Source of the DNA: Vulcanimicrobiota bacterium
Lineage (GTDB): Bacteria > Vulcanimicrobiota > Xenobia > Xenobiales > JADMJV01
Assembly (NCBI GenBank): GCA_050250895.1
Contig: JBFWNU010000001.1
Coordinates: forward strand, 2,532,891-2,596,890
Reading direction: 5' to 3'
Length of the DNA stretch: 64,000 nucleotides
This document shows, one piece after another, positions 9,827 to 19,880 of this stretch (the stretch's first letter is position 1; each line of letters opens with the position of its first letter). Position numbers and translations under genes: made by a program. The notes beneath the pieces are model-generated. The model was not told where the DNA came from. It searched no databases and worked only from the letters and a program-made list of their open reading frames with translations.

Positions 9827-12307
9827 ATGAGCTCGCGATGCATCTGGTTGATTCTCCTTCTGACGGTGCCGCTCTGGGCCCAGACTCCGGCCGGCACCGC
9901 CGAGCATCCGCTGGCCCGCGACGAACGGGTGGCACGCAAGTATGCCTATAGCTCGTCAAACAAGAACGTGCAAGCCATGATGAAAGCCGACGGCTTTCGC
10001 GAAGTGGACAAGATCCATTACGGCGAGGATGAAGCGTTTTTGTTCAAGGACGAAAACACTGGCGAATACGTGATCGCCTTTCGTGGCACCGAACTGAGTT
10101 ATGCCGAATGGGAAGGCAACGCCACCGACCTGGCCGGCGGCACCTCGAGCGTGGGGGAGTACGCTTATCTGCAGATGAAGGAGCAACTGGGAGAATGGGT
10201 CCGGGACTATGGCCGGACCCGGAAGTTGCGGGTGGTTGGCCACAGCAAAGGGGGCGGGTTGGCGCTCCATTTCACCGCCGACTACTACGCTTCGGTCAGT
10301 CGCACCCTGGCTCTCAATGCTCCTGCTCAGAGCGAGGCCCTGGCCGATCAATACGCCCAGCGCATGGCTCGCACCGACCCGGACGACCAGCCGGAGGTGG
10401 TGGTGGCTGTTTCTGCCTATGACAAAGTTTCGGACAACGGGGACGACTATGTGGGAGCCGACCGACTGCGCGTAGTGGTGGGCACCGGCACCGATATGGG
10501 GTCGGAGACGAAGTGGGGTCACAGCGCCTGGTTGTTCGCCAACCCCGACACGCGCGACGAAAACGGGGCTTTGCTGCGCCGGTCCGACGACGGGCGCATC
10601 ATCACCGAGTTGCTCCCAGCGGACTGGAAGAGCTTTCGCCGTCGTGGCAAGGGTGACGAGGCCGACTTGCGAGTGAAGAGGGACGGAACCGACCCCACCC
10701 AGCCCGGGTGGGAGGTTCGGTTTGGACGTCCTCCGCTAGTAAAGTTGGAGGCCCCGGGTCTCATCAATCCGGACACTCCCTTCGAAGTGGTGGCTCGGGT
10801 CGAACTGGGCCTGCCCGATTATCGTTACGCCTGGACTCTTGATGGCAAGCCCCTCAAGGCCACGAGCAGCAGCCTCAAGGGCAGACTGGACACGGTGCCT
10901 CCCGGGGTTCATCGCTTTGGCGTCACGGTCACCGACCGGGTCGGCCATCAGGGCAGCGACGAATGCGACCTCGAGTTGTTGGGCAACGCTCTGACGGTCA
11001 GCCTCAAGGATGGCCAGGGCAGACCCCTCCAAGGCAACGTCACGACCCGGGTCGCCCAGCGTTCGACCACGGTCGAGGTGAATGGAACGAGGACTTTTGC
11101 AATTCCCATCGGTCCTTTCATCAAGGTCGAGGCTCGGTCCGACGGCCATCCGGTGGTGACCAAGGATGTCACCGTCTATGGCGGGATGGCCAGCGTCGAG
11201 TTCGTCTTCGGGGCCGATTTGCCGATTCAGCTATCGTCTTCGGCCCGAAGCGTGGTGCAGGGTGAGCGGGTGAAGGTCACCGCGCGTCTGGCCGAGGGCA
11301 AGCCCCCCTTCGAGACCCGCTGGAGGCTCGATGGCGTGGATTTACCTAAGGCCAATGGCCGTCTCGATGTTCAGGGCGTGCTCAAAGAGCCCGGCCAACA
11401 CCAGTTCGAGGTGGAGGTGCGCGACGCCGACCAGCGCAGCGGCCGAGCGGCGTTGACGGTGGAGGCCGCGGCCGCGGGGGTTCTCGAGGTGACCGTCACC
11501 GACCGGGCCACTGGGGCGCCGGTTGCCGGGGCAGTCGTGGTGGTCGGGGAGCAGAGTTTTCAGGCCGATGGCCAGGGCCGCCTGCGCTTGAGCTTGCCCC
11601 CCGACCAACCGGTTGGCCTGGTAGTCAAAGCCAACGGCTACAAGGACCGCACCGCTCGCGGCAGCGTGGCCGCCGGTCAGGTCAAGCCGTATCCCTGCCA
11701 ACTCGAGCGCGAAGCGGCCGCGGCCCAACCAGCCACCGGTTCGCGCGACCCAGCGGCTTATGGCTTGCCGGCCGGTTGCGTCTGGAGATACGGCTATCCT
11801 GGCGGGGCTGGCAGCGTCAGCGAGGAAACCTATCGCAAGCGCCTGGTGACGAACCCCGAACTCAAGATCGATGTCAAGATGTCGGTTCGCATGTTGGCCA
11901 AGAACGATTGGGAGCGCCATGGACCGTATTTGCGGCTGTTCGAAGACGGCTCGCTCTGGGCAGTCTCTTATTTCAACCACGACAAGCCGGCCCCCGGCAC
12001 CCCGGTGCTGGACTGGTGGCCCAACGGCAATCTGCGCAACGAGGGGCCGGACGGCTACGGACTGGTGGGGGGCAAGGTGGTGCGGCAGGGGGTGTGGCGA
12101 GAGTATCGCCGCGACGGAACCCTCGACGATGAATACCACTACACCTCAGACCCCAACTGGAAGTCCTCTCATGGTCCGGGGCCGCTGGTGAAGTGGGTCG
12201 ACTTCGATAGTCAGGGGCAAAAGTATGAAGAGACCTATTATGGCCCGGATGGCCGGGCCATCAAGATCTGGAACCGGGTGAACGGCTGGCGAGAACTCAA
12301 GCGTTAG
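9827..12307 (+). CDS. Secreted alpha/beta-hydrolase (lipase-3-like) with Ig/PKD-like domains and C-terminal MORN/YwqK-like repeats
   Basis: Signal peptide; VIAFRGTE and GHSKGG nucleophile motif; PKD-like PPFETRW segments; WWPNGNLR and GVWREYRRDG. Confidence 0.75.
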   Translation: MSSRCIWLILLLTVPLWAQTPAGTAEHPLARDERVARKYAYSSSNKNVQAMMKADGFREVDKIHYGEDEAFLFKDENTGEYVIAFRGTELSYAEWEGNATDLAGGTSSVGEYAYLQMKEQLGEWVRDYGRTRKLRVVGHSKGGGLALHFTADYYASVSRTLALNAPAQSEALADQYAQRMARTDPDDQPEVVVAVSAYDKVSDNGDDYVGADRLRVVVGTGTDMGSETKWGHSAWLFANPDTRDENGALLRRSDDGRIITELLPADWKSFRRRGKGDEADLRVKRDGTDPTQPGWEVRFGRPPLVKLEAPGLINPDTPFEVVARVELGLPDYRYAWTLDGKPLKATSSSLKGRLDTVPPGVHRFGVTVTDRVGHQGSDECDLELLGNALTVSLKDGQGRPLQGNVTTRVAQRSTTVEVNGTRTFAIPIGPFIKVEARSDGHPVVTKDVTVYGGMASVEFVFGADLPIQLSSSARSVVQGERVKVTARLAEGKPPFETRWRLDGVDLPKANGRLDVQGVLKEPGQHQFEVEVRDADQRSGRAALTVEAAAAGVLEVTVTDRATGAPVAGAVVVVGEQSFQADGQGRLRLSLPPDQPVGLVVKANGYKDRTARGSVAAGQVKPYPCQLEREAAAAQPATGSRDPAAYGLPAGCVWRYGYPGGAGSVSEETYRKRLVTNPELKIDVKMSVRMLAKNDWERHGPYLRLFEDGSLWAVSYFNHDKPAPGTPVLDWWPNGNLRNEGPDGYGLVGGKVVRQGVWREYRRDGTLDDEYHYTSDPNWKSSHGPGPLVKWVDFDSQGQKYEETYYGPDGRAIKIWNRVNGWRELKR

Positions 12308-12358
12308 GCCCGGGAACCCAAATAGCGGAAACGGCCAGGCCGGGTCGAAGTCGCGGGT

Positions 12359-13201
12359 ATGGATGTTCGCCGCCTCATCGACGATCTGGCCGACCAGGAG
12401 GAGCGCTTTCGCCAGCAGTTATTCGTGGCTCCGGCCATCGCCCGGGGCAAGGTGAGAGCCAGAGTGGCGGGTTTGGTACAAAGCTTCGTCACCCACCCGC
12501 GATCGTTCGAGGGCTGGGGTGTCTTTCAAGCCAACCAGAGCCATCAGGCCGTGCTCCAAGAAGAGGCCGGTCCGGCCCAACGCGAGGCCTACTTGCGCCT
12601 GCTCAAGCCGCTGCGGCTGAGGCTTGTCATGCACCTGTTCGGCTCGCTCTGGCTGGCCTATCCCAGCAACGAGTCCGATGCTCGCCAACGCTTCGGCCTG
12701 TGCCAGCCCCTGCCGGTGGCTCTGGTGAGCGAGGGGCAGGCCTTCGAAGCCATCATCGCCCGCCACGACGGAAGCGGCTTCTGGTTTGACCAGCTCGACC
12801 GTCGCGAGCACCCGCGCCACGCCGAGAATCTGCGGCAGGCGCTGGCTCAGGGGAGCCTTGGGGAAGAGCTGAACTGGACCGATTTGACCCCCGAGATGAC
12901 GACCGTCTACTCGATGGTGGCCGAACGCTTGCGCAGCCTCGGCCAGGGTCGGGATGAGGCCCGGCTCAAGCGGGCCCTGGCGACGGGGGGTGGAGAGCTG
13001 CTGGGCTTCACCGAGCGCGACGAACACTGGGTGGTGGAGTGGGTCGATGGTCGCGGCCAGCGACATACTTCGGCCATTTCTCGGGCCGACCTGACCGTGC
13101 TCTCGGCCGGCATCTGCCTGGCCGGCGAAGACCAGAAGTTCGACCTCGAGTCGCTGGTGGGGGTGGTCGAGGGCAGTGACGAGTGGGACGATTATGACTG
13201 A
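12359..13201 (+). CDS. Hypothetical protein translationally coupled to ThiF
   Basis: 280-aa ORF overlapping the ThiF start; conserved-looking C-terminus LTVLSAGICLAGEDQKFDLESLVGVV. Confidence 0.8.
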   Translation: MDVRRLIDDLADQEERFRQQLFVAPAIARGKVRARVAGLVQSFVTHPRSFEGWGVFQANQSHQAVLQEEAGPAQREAYLRLLKPLRLRLVMHLFGSLWLAYPSNESDARQRFGLCQPLPVALVSEGQAFEAIIARHDGSGFWFDQLDRREHPRHAENLRQALAQGSLGEELNWTDLTPEMTTVYSMVAERLRSLGQGRDEARLKRALATGGGELLGFTERDEHWVVEWVDGRGQRHTSAISRADLTVLSAGICLAGEDQKFDLESLVGVVEGSDEWDDYD

Positions 13202-13832
13202 CCGAACCTACCATGAACGCCTCTTTCGCGGCGGGCCCAACATGGAGCGCCTCAAAGGCTGCAAGATCACCATCTGTGGGGCCGGCGCGCTGGGGGCCAA
13301 TCTGGTCGAGAATCTGGCTCGAGCGGGCTTTGAGTCCTTGACCGTCATCGACCGGGATCGGGTAGAAGAGCGGAATCTGTCGACCCAGCCTTACTACCGG
13401 GCCGATGTGGGAGCCCACAAAGCGACCATTCTGGCCAACGCCGTCTATCGGGCCGTGGGGGTCTCGGTGGAAGGGGTGGCCAGCGAGTTGCTGGAGCGCA
13501 ACGTCAAGAAACTGCTCAAGGGAGCCGACCTGGTGGTCGATTGTTTTGACAACAGTCCGTCTCGCCAGCTGGTGACCGACCATTGCGCCAAGAGCGGCCA
13601 GGCCTGCCTGCATGCGGGCCTGGCCGCCGACTATGCCGAGGTGCTCTGGAACGAGGTGTATCGCGTCCCTTCGCCGGCTCAAGACGACCTCTGCGACTAT
13701 CCCCTGGCCCGCAATCTGGTGATGCTGACGGTGGCCGTGGCCAGCGAAGTGGTCGTCGGCTATGTCCTTGGTGGCAGCCGCCGCAACCTGACCATCACCC
13801 TGGCTGATCTAGCTGTGCGTGACTTCGTCTAA
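13194..13832 (+). CDS. ThiF/MoeB (E1-like) adenylyltransferase
   Basis: ICGAGALG, IDRDRVEERNLSTQ and DLVVDCFDN motifs. Confidence 0.9.
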   Translation: MTDRTYHERLFRGGPNMERLKGCKITICGAGALGANLVENLARAGFESLTVIDRDRVEERNLSTQPYYRADVGAHKATILANAVYRAVGVSVEGVASELLERNVKKLLKGADLVVDCFDNSPSRQLVTDHCAKSGQACLHAGLAADYAEVLWNEVYRVPSPAQDDLCDYPLARNLVMLTVAVASEVVVGYVLGGSRRNLTITLADLAVRDFV

Positions 13833-13862
13833 TCCATCGTGGACGGCCATGGTTAGCCTCTT

Positions 13863-14811
13863 CTAATGCCGCACCAGCCAGGCCGTGACCTCGGCACCGT
13901 TGTGGTAAAGCTGTTTTAGTCTGGGAATGCGATAGGCCGGGCGCAAGATGCGCAGAGCGTGGTCGGCCGCGGGTTCCTACTTTGAGGGTCATCACGGCCG
14001 AGGTGCCGGAGGCCAGGTGGGCAGCGCAAGCGACCATAAGGCGAGCCGACTCTTGCGGAGCCAGGATCATGTCGTTGGTGACGAAGTCGAAGCGGTCCTG
14101 GTTGTCAGCCAGAAACTGCTGGGCCGTCATGGGGCGATGGTCGAGTTCGAGGCTGGGATGCGGGGGTTGGGGATCGACCGCCGTTACCTGCAGGCCGAGA
14201 CCGAGGAGCACTCGACTCCACCCGCCCAGGGATGAGCCGAGGTCGAGGGCGCGGCCGCGAGGATGCAGCCCGAAGACCTCGAGGGCCTCCAACAGCTTGG
14301 GTTCGGCCTTGCTAAAACGTCCGGGGTCGGGGGGGAAGTAGGGGCAGCCTCCCGACCAGGGCGAGAGGTTGTAGGCAGGCGGGTCGACACCCACCAGTAA
14401 TTGGTCGCCCACCAGCAGGGCCGACACGATGGCTTGGGGGGCGTGCTGAGCGACGGGTCTTAGCCGGGCCAGGGACCGTTCGAGATAGATGGCCAGGTCG
14501 GGGCGCGGTCCTTCAAGGCTGCGGAACTGCAGCGCGAAATTGGCAAAACGGTGCAGACGGCCGGCCACCTTGCCGGGGTTGGGACGAGCGGCCGACATCT
14601 GATAGTCGAGGCGAAAGAGATGATGCAGGTAGATCGGCGGTCGCAAGGCCCAGTGCTCGCGCAACGGACGGTAGGGGCCGGACAGGTCGATGCGGGTCAG
14701 TCCGCGGGCTAGTGGGTTGGCACGAAACTCCACCCGACGGGCCACTTCGTGCATGGCCTGAGCCTGGAAATCGGGGGAGTGAGACAGGATGAGCGAGACT
14801 CCGGCATTCAT
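13863..14811 (-). pseudogene. RlmM/FtsJ-like SAM-dependent RNA methyltransferase with a frameshift near 13970
   Basis: SKAEPKLLEA, ALDLGSSLGGWS, VTAVD, TNDM and MTLK motifs. The family-type C-terminus (RLKQLYHNGAEVT) lies in a different frame and ends at TAG 13863. Confidence 0.7.
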
Positions 14812-14973
14812 TGGCGGAGCTGGCTCGCAACCTCCGTTTGCATGAGATGCGGCTTGATATCAAGGCCTCAAGCTGGGCGCTGGAGATGAGCCCAGAATAC
14901 CATTGCTCGCTGTCGAGGGCAAGCGGACTCTCCCCTCGCCGCCCGGCGGATGGCGCCCGGGTCCTGGGTGTAG

Positions 14974-14989
14974 TATAATTGCGATTATA
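14974..14989 (+). promoter_or_regulatory. -10 box embedded in a palindromic operator of vapBC
   Basis: TATAAT-TGCG-ATTATA immediately before the antitoxin ATG at 14990. Confidence 0.7.
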
Positions 14990-15217
14990 ATGGGACAGAT
15001 CACGATTTACCTAGATGATGAACTCGAGAAGAAGCTCCGCGCCGCCAGCGAGCGGGCCAAAACATCCCGGAGCCGCTGGATCGCTGACGTGATCCGCCAG
15101 CATCTCGACAACGAGTGGCCGGCCGAGGTGCGAGAGGCCGCTGGCAGCTGGGGGGACTTTCCTGAGTCCGACCGGCTTCGCTCCGGTATGAGCTACGAAA
15201 CTCGTGAGGAGTTCTGA
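14990..15217 (+). CDS. CopG/RHH-family antitoxin (VapB-like)
   Basis: MGQITIYLDDEL...SRSRWIADVI ribbon-helix-helix; directly upstream of the PIN toxin. Confidence 0.85.
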   Translation: MGQITIYLDDELEKKLRAASERAKTSRSRWIADVIRQHLDNEWPAEVREAAGSWGDFPESDRLRSGMSYETREEF

Positions 15218-15223
15218 CCGATC

Positions 15224-15619
15224 TTGCTCTATGTGCTCGACACCAACACGGCGATCTACTACTTCAAAGGCGTGGGGCGGGTCGCTTCGCATCTGCTGGC
15301 CCAGGCTCCGCGCCAGATTGGGCTGTCCGCCGTGGTCGAATACGAGCTACTGGTGGGGATCGAGAAGTCGACCTCCTCTGCCCGCAGACGCCTTCAACTC
15401 CAGGCCCTCAAGTCGGCCGTGACCTATCTTCCTTTCGCTGAAGAAGAGGCTCGCCAGGCAGCTCGGCTAAGGGCCCGGCTCGAAAAATCCGGCACTCCCA
15501 TCGGCCCCTACGACGTGTTGATCGCCGCCAGCGCGTTGGCCCGGGGGGCGACCCTGGTGACCCACAACCTCAAGGAGTTCTCAAGAGTCCCCAGCCTCCA
15601 AACCGTAGACTGGTTCTGA
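15224..15619 (+). CDS. vapC: PIN-domain VapC toxin
   Basis: YVLDTN, EL..G, IGPYDVLIAA and LVTHNLKEF motifs. Confidence 0.92.
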   Translation: MLYVLDTNTAIYYFKGVGRVASHLLAQAPRQIGLSAVVEYELLVGIEKSTSSARRRLQLQALKSAVTYLPFAEEEARQAARLRARLEKSGTPIGPYDVLIAASALARGATLVTHNLKEFSRVPSLQTVDWF

Positions 15620-15643
15620 CCACTCCAGGGCTACCCGGCCAAG

Positions 15644-16183
15644 GTGCCGAATGGCGGGGGCGCTATGGAAGTTCTCGAGCAAACCCGCCTGGCCGAAGTC
15701 GTCTTCGGCGGAGGTGACGACTTCTTCGACCTGCGTCGCTGCAGCGTCTTTCTGGCCGGACTCGACGGCATCTGCGTAGAGGATTGTCCCCTCAATGAAG
15801 CGGCCTGGATTGCCGCCCAGACGGCCGCTCGCCGCCCGGTCACCATCCGCTACCACGAAGAAGAGAGCGGCACTCGGCGCTTCCAGGGACTGGTCTTTCG
15901 CCACCACCAGCCCGAGACGATCGCCTATGATAACCGGGGTCCCGAGGATGATGCGGGCGACCCCGAGCTTTATTCCTATCGCCATTGCCTGGTCGAGGTG
16001 ACGGTGGGTCTCGAGCAGACCAGTTTGCATTTCCACCAGCCCGAGTTCACCTTCGAAGGGGTTCCCGCCGCGGTGGCCCGGGCCATCGGCGCCTACACTG
16101 CTCAGGGTCTCAAGTCGGTGGTGATCTTCCAGCGAGGGCGAATCCGCACCGTGCGACTGCGCATGAACCCCGACCGCGTCTAG
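15644..16183 (+). CDS. Hypothetical protein
   Basis: Co-directional ORF filling the gap; start uncertain. Confidence 0.5.
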   Translation: MPNGGGAMEVLEQTRLAEVVFGGGDDFFDLRRCSVFLAGLDGICVEDCPLNEAAWIAAQTAARRPVTIRYHEEESGTRRFQGLVFRHHQPETIAYDNRGPEDDAGDPELYSYRHCLVEVTVGLEQTSLHFHQPEFTFEGVPAAVARAIGAYTAQGLKSVVIFQRGRIRTVRLRMNPDRV

Positions 16184-16218
16184 AGGAGCTGGCCCCAAAG
16201 CGCGGAAAGTCAACCACT

Positions 16219-17868
16219 ATGTGGCGTTACGGCTGGTGTTTGGCTTTGCTCTTGTTGTTCGGGTGCCAGCCCCCCGAGCCTGACCACCCCGGCCCGACTC
16301 GAACGCCGTTGGTAATTTCGACTCCGAGTCCCACTCCCAGAGTCACTCCCCGTCCCGAGGCGACTCCAAGCCCGGCCGACAGCGGCGATTTCGTGTCTGC
16401 TATCGTGTGCCAGGACGAGGCGGGCGAGTCCACCAGCGAGTTTACCTCCGACGTCGACGAGATTTTCGTGCGCTTCGAGGTCGAAGAGGTTCCCGTCGAC
16501 ACGATGCTGCGCTCGCACTGGATCTATACCGGTCAAGACGCCGAGTTCGAGGCTTTCGACAACCAGCTGGCCGATGGCAGCGAGGGCTTCTTCAGTCTGG
16601 GGCGGCCCCCCGAAGGGTGGTTGATCGGGGACTATCGGGTGGCCCTGTTTGTGGGGCCCCGACGCCTGCGGCAACTGAGCTTTTCGATCCAGGCCCCGGC
16701 GGCCTCGGTGCCCGACACTCCCGAGCCGACCGAACTCACCGCCCTGGCGCGCCAACTGGTTCAGGGTAAGACCAGCGACCAGGAGAAAGCCCTGGCCCTA
16801 TACAGCTGGCTGGGCCAGAACATCGCTTACGACGTAGAGGGTTTTCTCAAAGGCGAGTATGGCGACTGCTCGGCCGAGGCGGTCTTTGCCCGGCGGGTCA
16901 CGGTTTGCTCGGGCTACGCCAATCTCTTCAAAGCCATGGCCGACGAGGTCGGGCTCGAGAGCGAGGTGGTCGACGGCTTCGCCAAAGGCTATGGCTATCA
17001 AGCCGGCAAGACCCCCGACCCCCAACCCAACCACGCCTGGAACGCGGTCAAAGTCGACGGCCGCTGGCAGTTGCTCGACGCCACCTGGGGTGCCGGCAAC
17101 ATCGAAGGGCGCAAGTTCAAGCGGGAGCCCAATCGCGATTGGTTTTTGGTCAAGCCCGAGCAATTCATCTACTCCCACTTTCCCAGCCAGCCAAAGTGGC
17201 AGCTTCTGACCGAATCGCTGGGACGGAGAGACTTCGAGCAACTGCCCCAGGTCAAAGCCGATTTTTTTAGCCTCGGTCTTAATCTCGAGAGTCACAATCA
17301 GGCGGTGATCGAAAGCGAGGGCGAACTGGTGGTGAAGGTCTCGAGCCAGGCCGACTGCCTGCTCTCGGCCGCCCTCGAACAAAATGGCTCACGGCTTGAA
17401 GGCGCTTATACCCTGGTGCGACGCCAGGGACGTAATCATACAGTCGAGGCGGTGTTTCCCAGGGCCGGCAGCTATACTTTGCTGGTGTTCGGTCGCCGCC
17501 CCGGAGACACCAGCGGGCAGGCGGTGGTCAGTTACGCCGTGAGGGCCAGCCGAGGGGCGCCCGAGCTACCCAGGACCTATTCATCCTTCGCCGAGCGCCA
17601 GGTCGAGTTGCTCGCTCCTCGCCGGGGTGAACTCCAGGCGGGCCACCCGGTAAGAATCCGCTTGAAGGCCCCGGGAGCGCGCGAACTCTTCGCCCAGACC
17701 GACAGCGGTCAGGTCAGGTTCGAGTCCAAAGGGGGGGAGTTTGTGGCCGACCTCTCGCCTACCGGAAATACGGTCACCGTCTTCGCCATCTATGGCGACG
17801 GGCATCGAGGGGAAGGTTTGCTCGAATACCGCCTGGCCTCAACCAGGAATCCGAGCCAACCTGACTAA
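16219..17868 (+). CDS. Lipoprotein with transglutaminase-like (CYK3/KY-type) domain
   Basis: Lipobox LLFGC; catalytic motifs VCSGYA, HAWNAV and LLDATWG. Confidence 0.85.
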   Translation: MWRYGWCLALLLLFGCQPPEPDHPGPTRTPLVISTPSPTPRVTPRPEATPSPADSGDFVSAIVCQDEAGESTSEFTSDVDEIFVRFEVEEVPVDTMLRSHWIYTGQDAEFEAFDNQLADGSEGFFSLGRPPEGWLIGDYRVALFVGPRRLRQLSFSIQAPAASVPDTPEPTELTALARQLVQGKTSDQEKALALYSWLGQNIAYDVEGFLKGEYGDCSAEAVFARRVTVCSGYANLFKAMADEVGLESEVVDGFAKGYGYQAGKTPDPQPNHAWNAVKVDGRWQLLDATWGAGNIEGRKFKREPNRDWFLVKPEQFIYSHFPSQPKWQLLTESLGRRDFEQLPQVKADFFSLGLNLESHNQAVIESEGELVVKVSSQADCLLSAALEQNGSRLEGAYTLVRRQGRNHTVEAVFPRAGSYTLLVFGRRPGDTSGQAVVSYAVRASRGAPELPRTYSSFAERQVELLAPRRGELQAGHPVRIRLKAPGARELFAQTDSGQVRFESKGGEFVADLSPTGNTVTVFAIYGDGHRGEGLLEYRLASTRNPSQPD

Positions 17869-17877
17869 GGCGCCCCC

Positions 17878-18345
17878 ATGCGATGGTTAGTATTGGCAAT
17901 GCTGTTGGTGGCACCCGCCTGGGCCGACCTGCCGGTCGAGCATCAGGGAAAGGTGCTGGTGACCTTCGATGTGCCGGGTCTCGAAGAGAGTGGTCGTCGC
18001 GACGGCAAGACCTCGAGAATCACCTACACTCGCGCGATCGAGGACGGGACCCTGCAGGTGACTGTCAGCGTGCGCCGCTGGCTCGGCGTCGATATCAACA
18101 AGCAATTCTTCAAAGATAGAGACGCTCGGCGCGAGAACCCCCACGCCCGACTGGTCCAGGATATCGAGGTGGAGGGAACCAAAAGGGCCCTGGCCTTTCG
18201 GACTTCAGAGCCCTTTGATGGTTACACTCTCGTGCTCTACACCGATGACTTCCGGTGTGAGTTCTTGATCACAGGTTCCAAGCAGGCTTCCGACGCGATC
18301 GAACCGACCTTCCAGCAACTGGTCAAGTCGGTCAAGATTCACTAG
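17878..18345 (+). CDS. Secreted hypothetical protein
   Basis: Signal peptide ending APAWA. Confidence 0.7.
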   Translation: MRWLVLAMLLVAPAWADLPVEHQGKVLVTFDVPGLEESGRRDGKTSRITYTRAIEDGTLQVTVSVRRWLGVDINKQFFKDRDARRENPHARLVQDIEVEGTKRALAFRTSEPFDGYTLVLYTDDFRCEFLITGSKQASDAIEPTFQQLVKSVKIH

Positions 18346-18674
18346 GCCGCGCCTAGCAGCTTGTCGAGGGCCTGAGACAACGGGCCCGGGGGGACGAAGC
18401 CGGTCTCGGCGGCCACGGGTTGACCATCCTGAAAGACCACCAGGGTCGGAAGGCCGCGGACGCCAAGCCGGCCAGCCCAGAGCTGGTCACTGTCGCTGTC
18501 GATTTTCACGAACTTGATGCGACCTTCGTATTTCTCGGCCAGGTCTTCGAGCACCGGTGCCAGGCGTTTGCACGGTCCGCACCAGTCAGCATAGAAGTCG
18601 ACCAGAACCGGGATGGAACTTCCCAGCACCTCGGCTTCGAACTGTGAATCCTCAATTTTGTTTACGCGATGCAT
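18342..18674 (-). CDS. trxA: Thioredoxin
   Basis: VDFYADWCGPCK active site. Confidence 0.95.
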   Translation of the reverse strand: MHRVNKIEDSQFEAEVLGSSIPVLVDFYADWCGPCKRLAPVLEDLAEKYEGRIKFVKIDSDSDQLWAGRLGVRGLPTLVVFQDGQPVAAETGFVPPGPLSQALDKLLGAA

Positions 18675-18767
18675 CGGGGCACCTCTTCCTTCGTTTTGCG
18701 TTCATGAGGTTAGATGCATGATCGGACGAAAAGGATTCATGTTTACCCAAAGAAGAATTTAACTTTG

Positions 18768-19313
18768 ATGCCCGAGCTACTGACGCGCGCCCGCCAGGGC
18801 GATGTCGCTGCTTTTGAAGAGCTGGTGGTAACTCACGCCCCGGCCGTCTTCGGCCTGATTCGGCGTTTCGTGCGCGACCCCCAAGCGGCCGAAGAGGTGC
18901 TTCAAGAGACCTTTATTAAGGCCTATCAAAAGCTCGACACCTTCCGGCAAGAGGCCGACTTCAAGACCTGGCTTTCGCGCATCGCCATCAACCAGGCCCT
19001 GATGCATCAGCGCGCAGAGCGGCCGCCGCTTGTGGATGGCGAGCTGGTTCCCAAGAAGCTGGCCGATTGGAGCGAAGATCCCCAAGAGCTCTACGCCGAG
19101 GTCGAGCTGCGCGACCTGCTGCATAACGCTTTGGAGAAGTTGCCGATCGGTCTGCAACAAGTCTTCTGGCTAAAAGAGGTCGAGGGGTTCAGCAATCCCG
19201 AGATCGCTCGCCTGTTGGGCCTTTCGCTGGCGGCCGTCAAGTCCAGGTTGTTGCGAGCGCGATTGGGCCTGCGAGAAGAACTGGCGGGCTACTTCGCGAA
19301 AGGAGAGAAGTGA
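18768..19313 (+). CDS. ECF RNA polymerase sigma factor
   Basis: GDVAAFEELV, EEVLQETFI, FKTWLSRIA and VKSRLLRAR; start could alternatively be 18714. Confidence 0.92.
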   Translation: MPELLTRARQGDVAAFEELVVTHAPAVFGLIRRFVRDPQAAEEVLQETFIKAYQKLDTFRQEADFKTWLSRIAINQALMHQRAERPPLVDGELVPKKLADWSEDPQELYAEVELRDLLHNALEKLPIGLQQVFWLKEVEGFSNPEIARLLGLSLAAVKSRLLRARLGLREELAGYFAKGEK

Positions 19314-19561
19314 TGAGTTGCTGTGGCCGTATCAAAGAGCTGCTGGCCGAATATCTCGATCAAGAGTTGCCCGACGACCTTTGTGCCGAACTCGAGACCC
19401 ATCTTTCTCATTGTCGGCCCTGTCAGGTGGTGGTCGATACCACCCGCACCACCATCGCTTTCTATCGCGAACTCGAGCCCATGCCGTTGCCCGAAGGGGT
19501 CGAACGGCGCCTGCTGTCATGCTTGCGCGGGGACATTAACAAGTCGTTCAAAGAGGATTAA
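19310..19561 (+). CDS. Zinc-binding anti-sigma factor (zf-HC2)
   Basis: HLSHCRPC (HxxxCxxC); overlaps the sigma stop codon; soluble. Confidence 0.9.
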   Translation: MMSCCGRIKELLAEYLDQELPDDLCAELETHLSHCRPCQVVVDTTRTTIAFYRELEPMPLPEGVERRLLSCLRGDINKSFKED

Positions 19562-19880
19562 CCCCCAGCGGCTAAGCTCGCCGGGTTATGCTCGCCAGAA
19601 ATACGACTGGCCAACCACGCTCGCTCCCACTCCAGGGGCCGGACTTCAGGGTATCGCCGTCACCCGTCGAGGGGACCGGATCGAGAGCGACGGTTATGGA
19701 TTGGCCGGTGACGTGACCATCCGCACTCCGTTCGACCTCGACCCGGTAGCCTGGGAGGCCCAACTCGGCCTCAAGGCTGAAGGTTGGAACATCTTGTCCA
19801 AGTGGTTTCAAGAAGGCCAGCCGAGCCTGGAAGACCTGGTGGTGGTCACCGAGACCGGCCAGCTTCGGCTGCTAGACACG

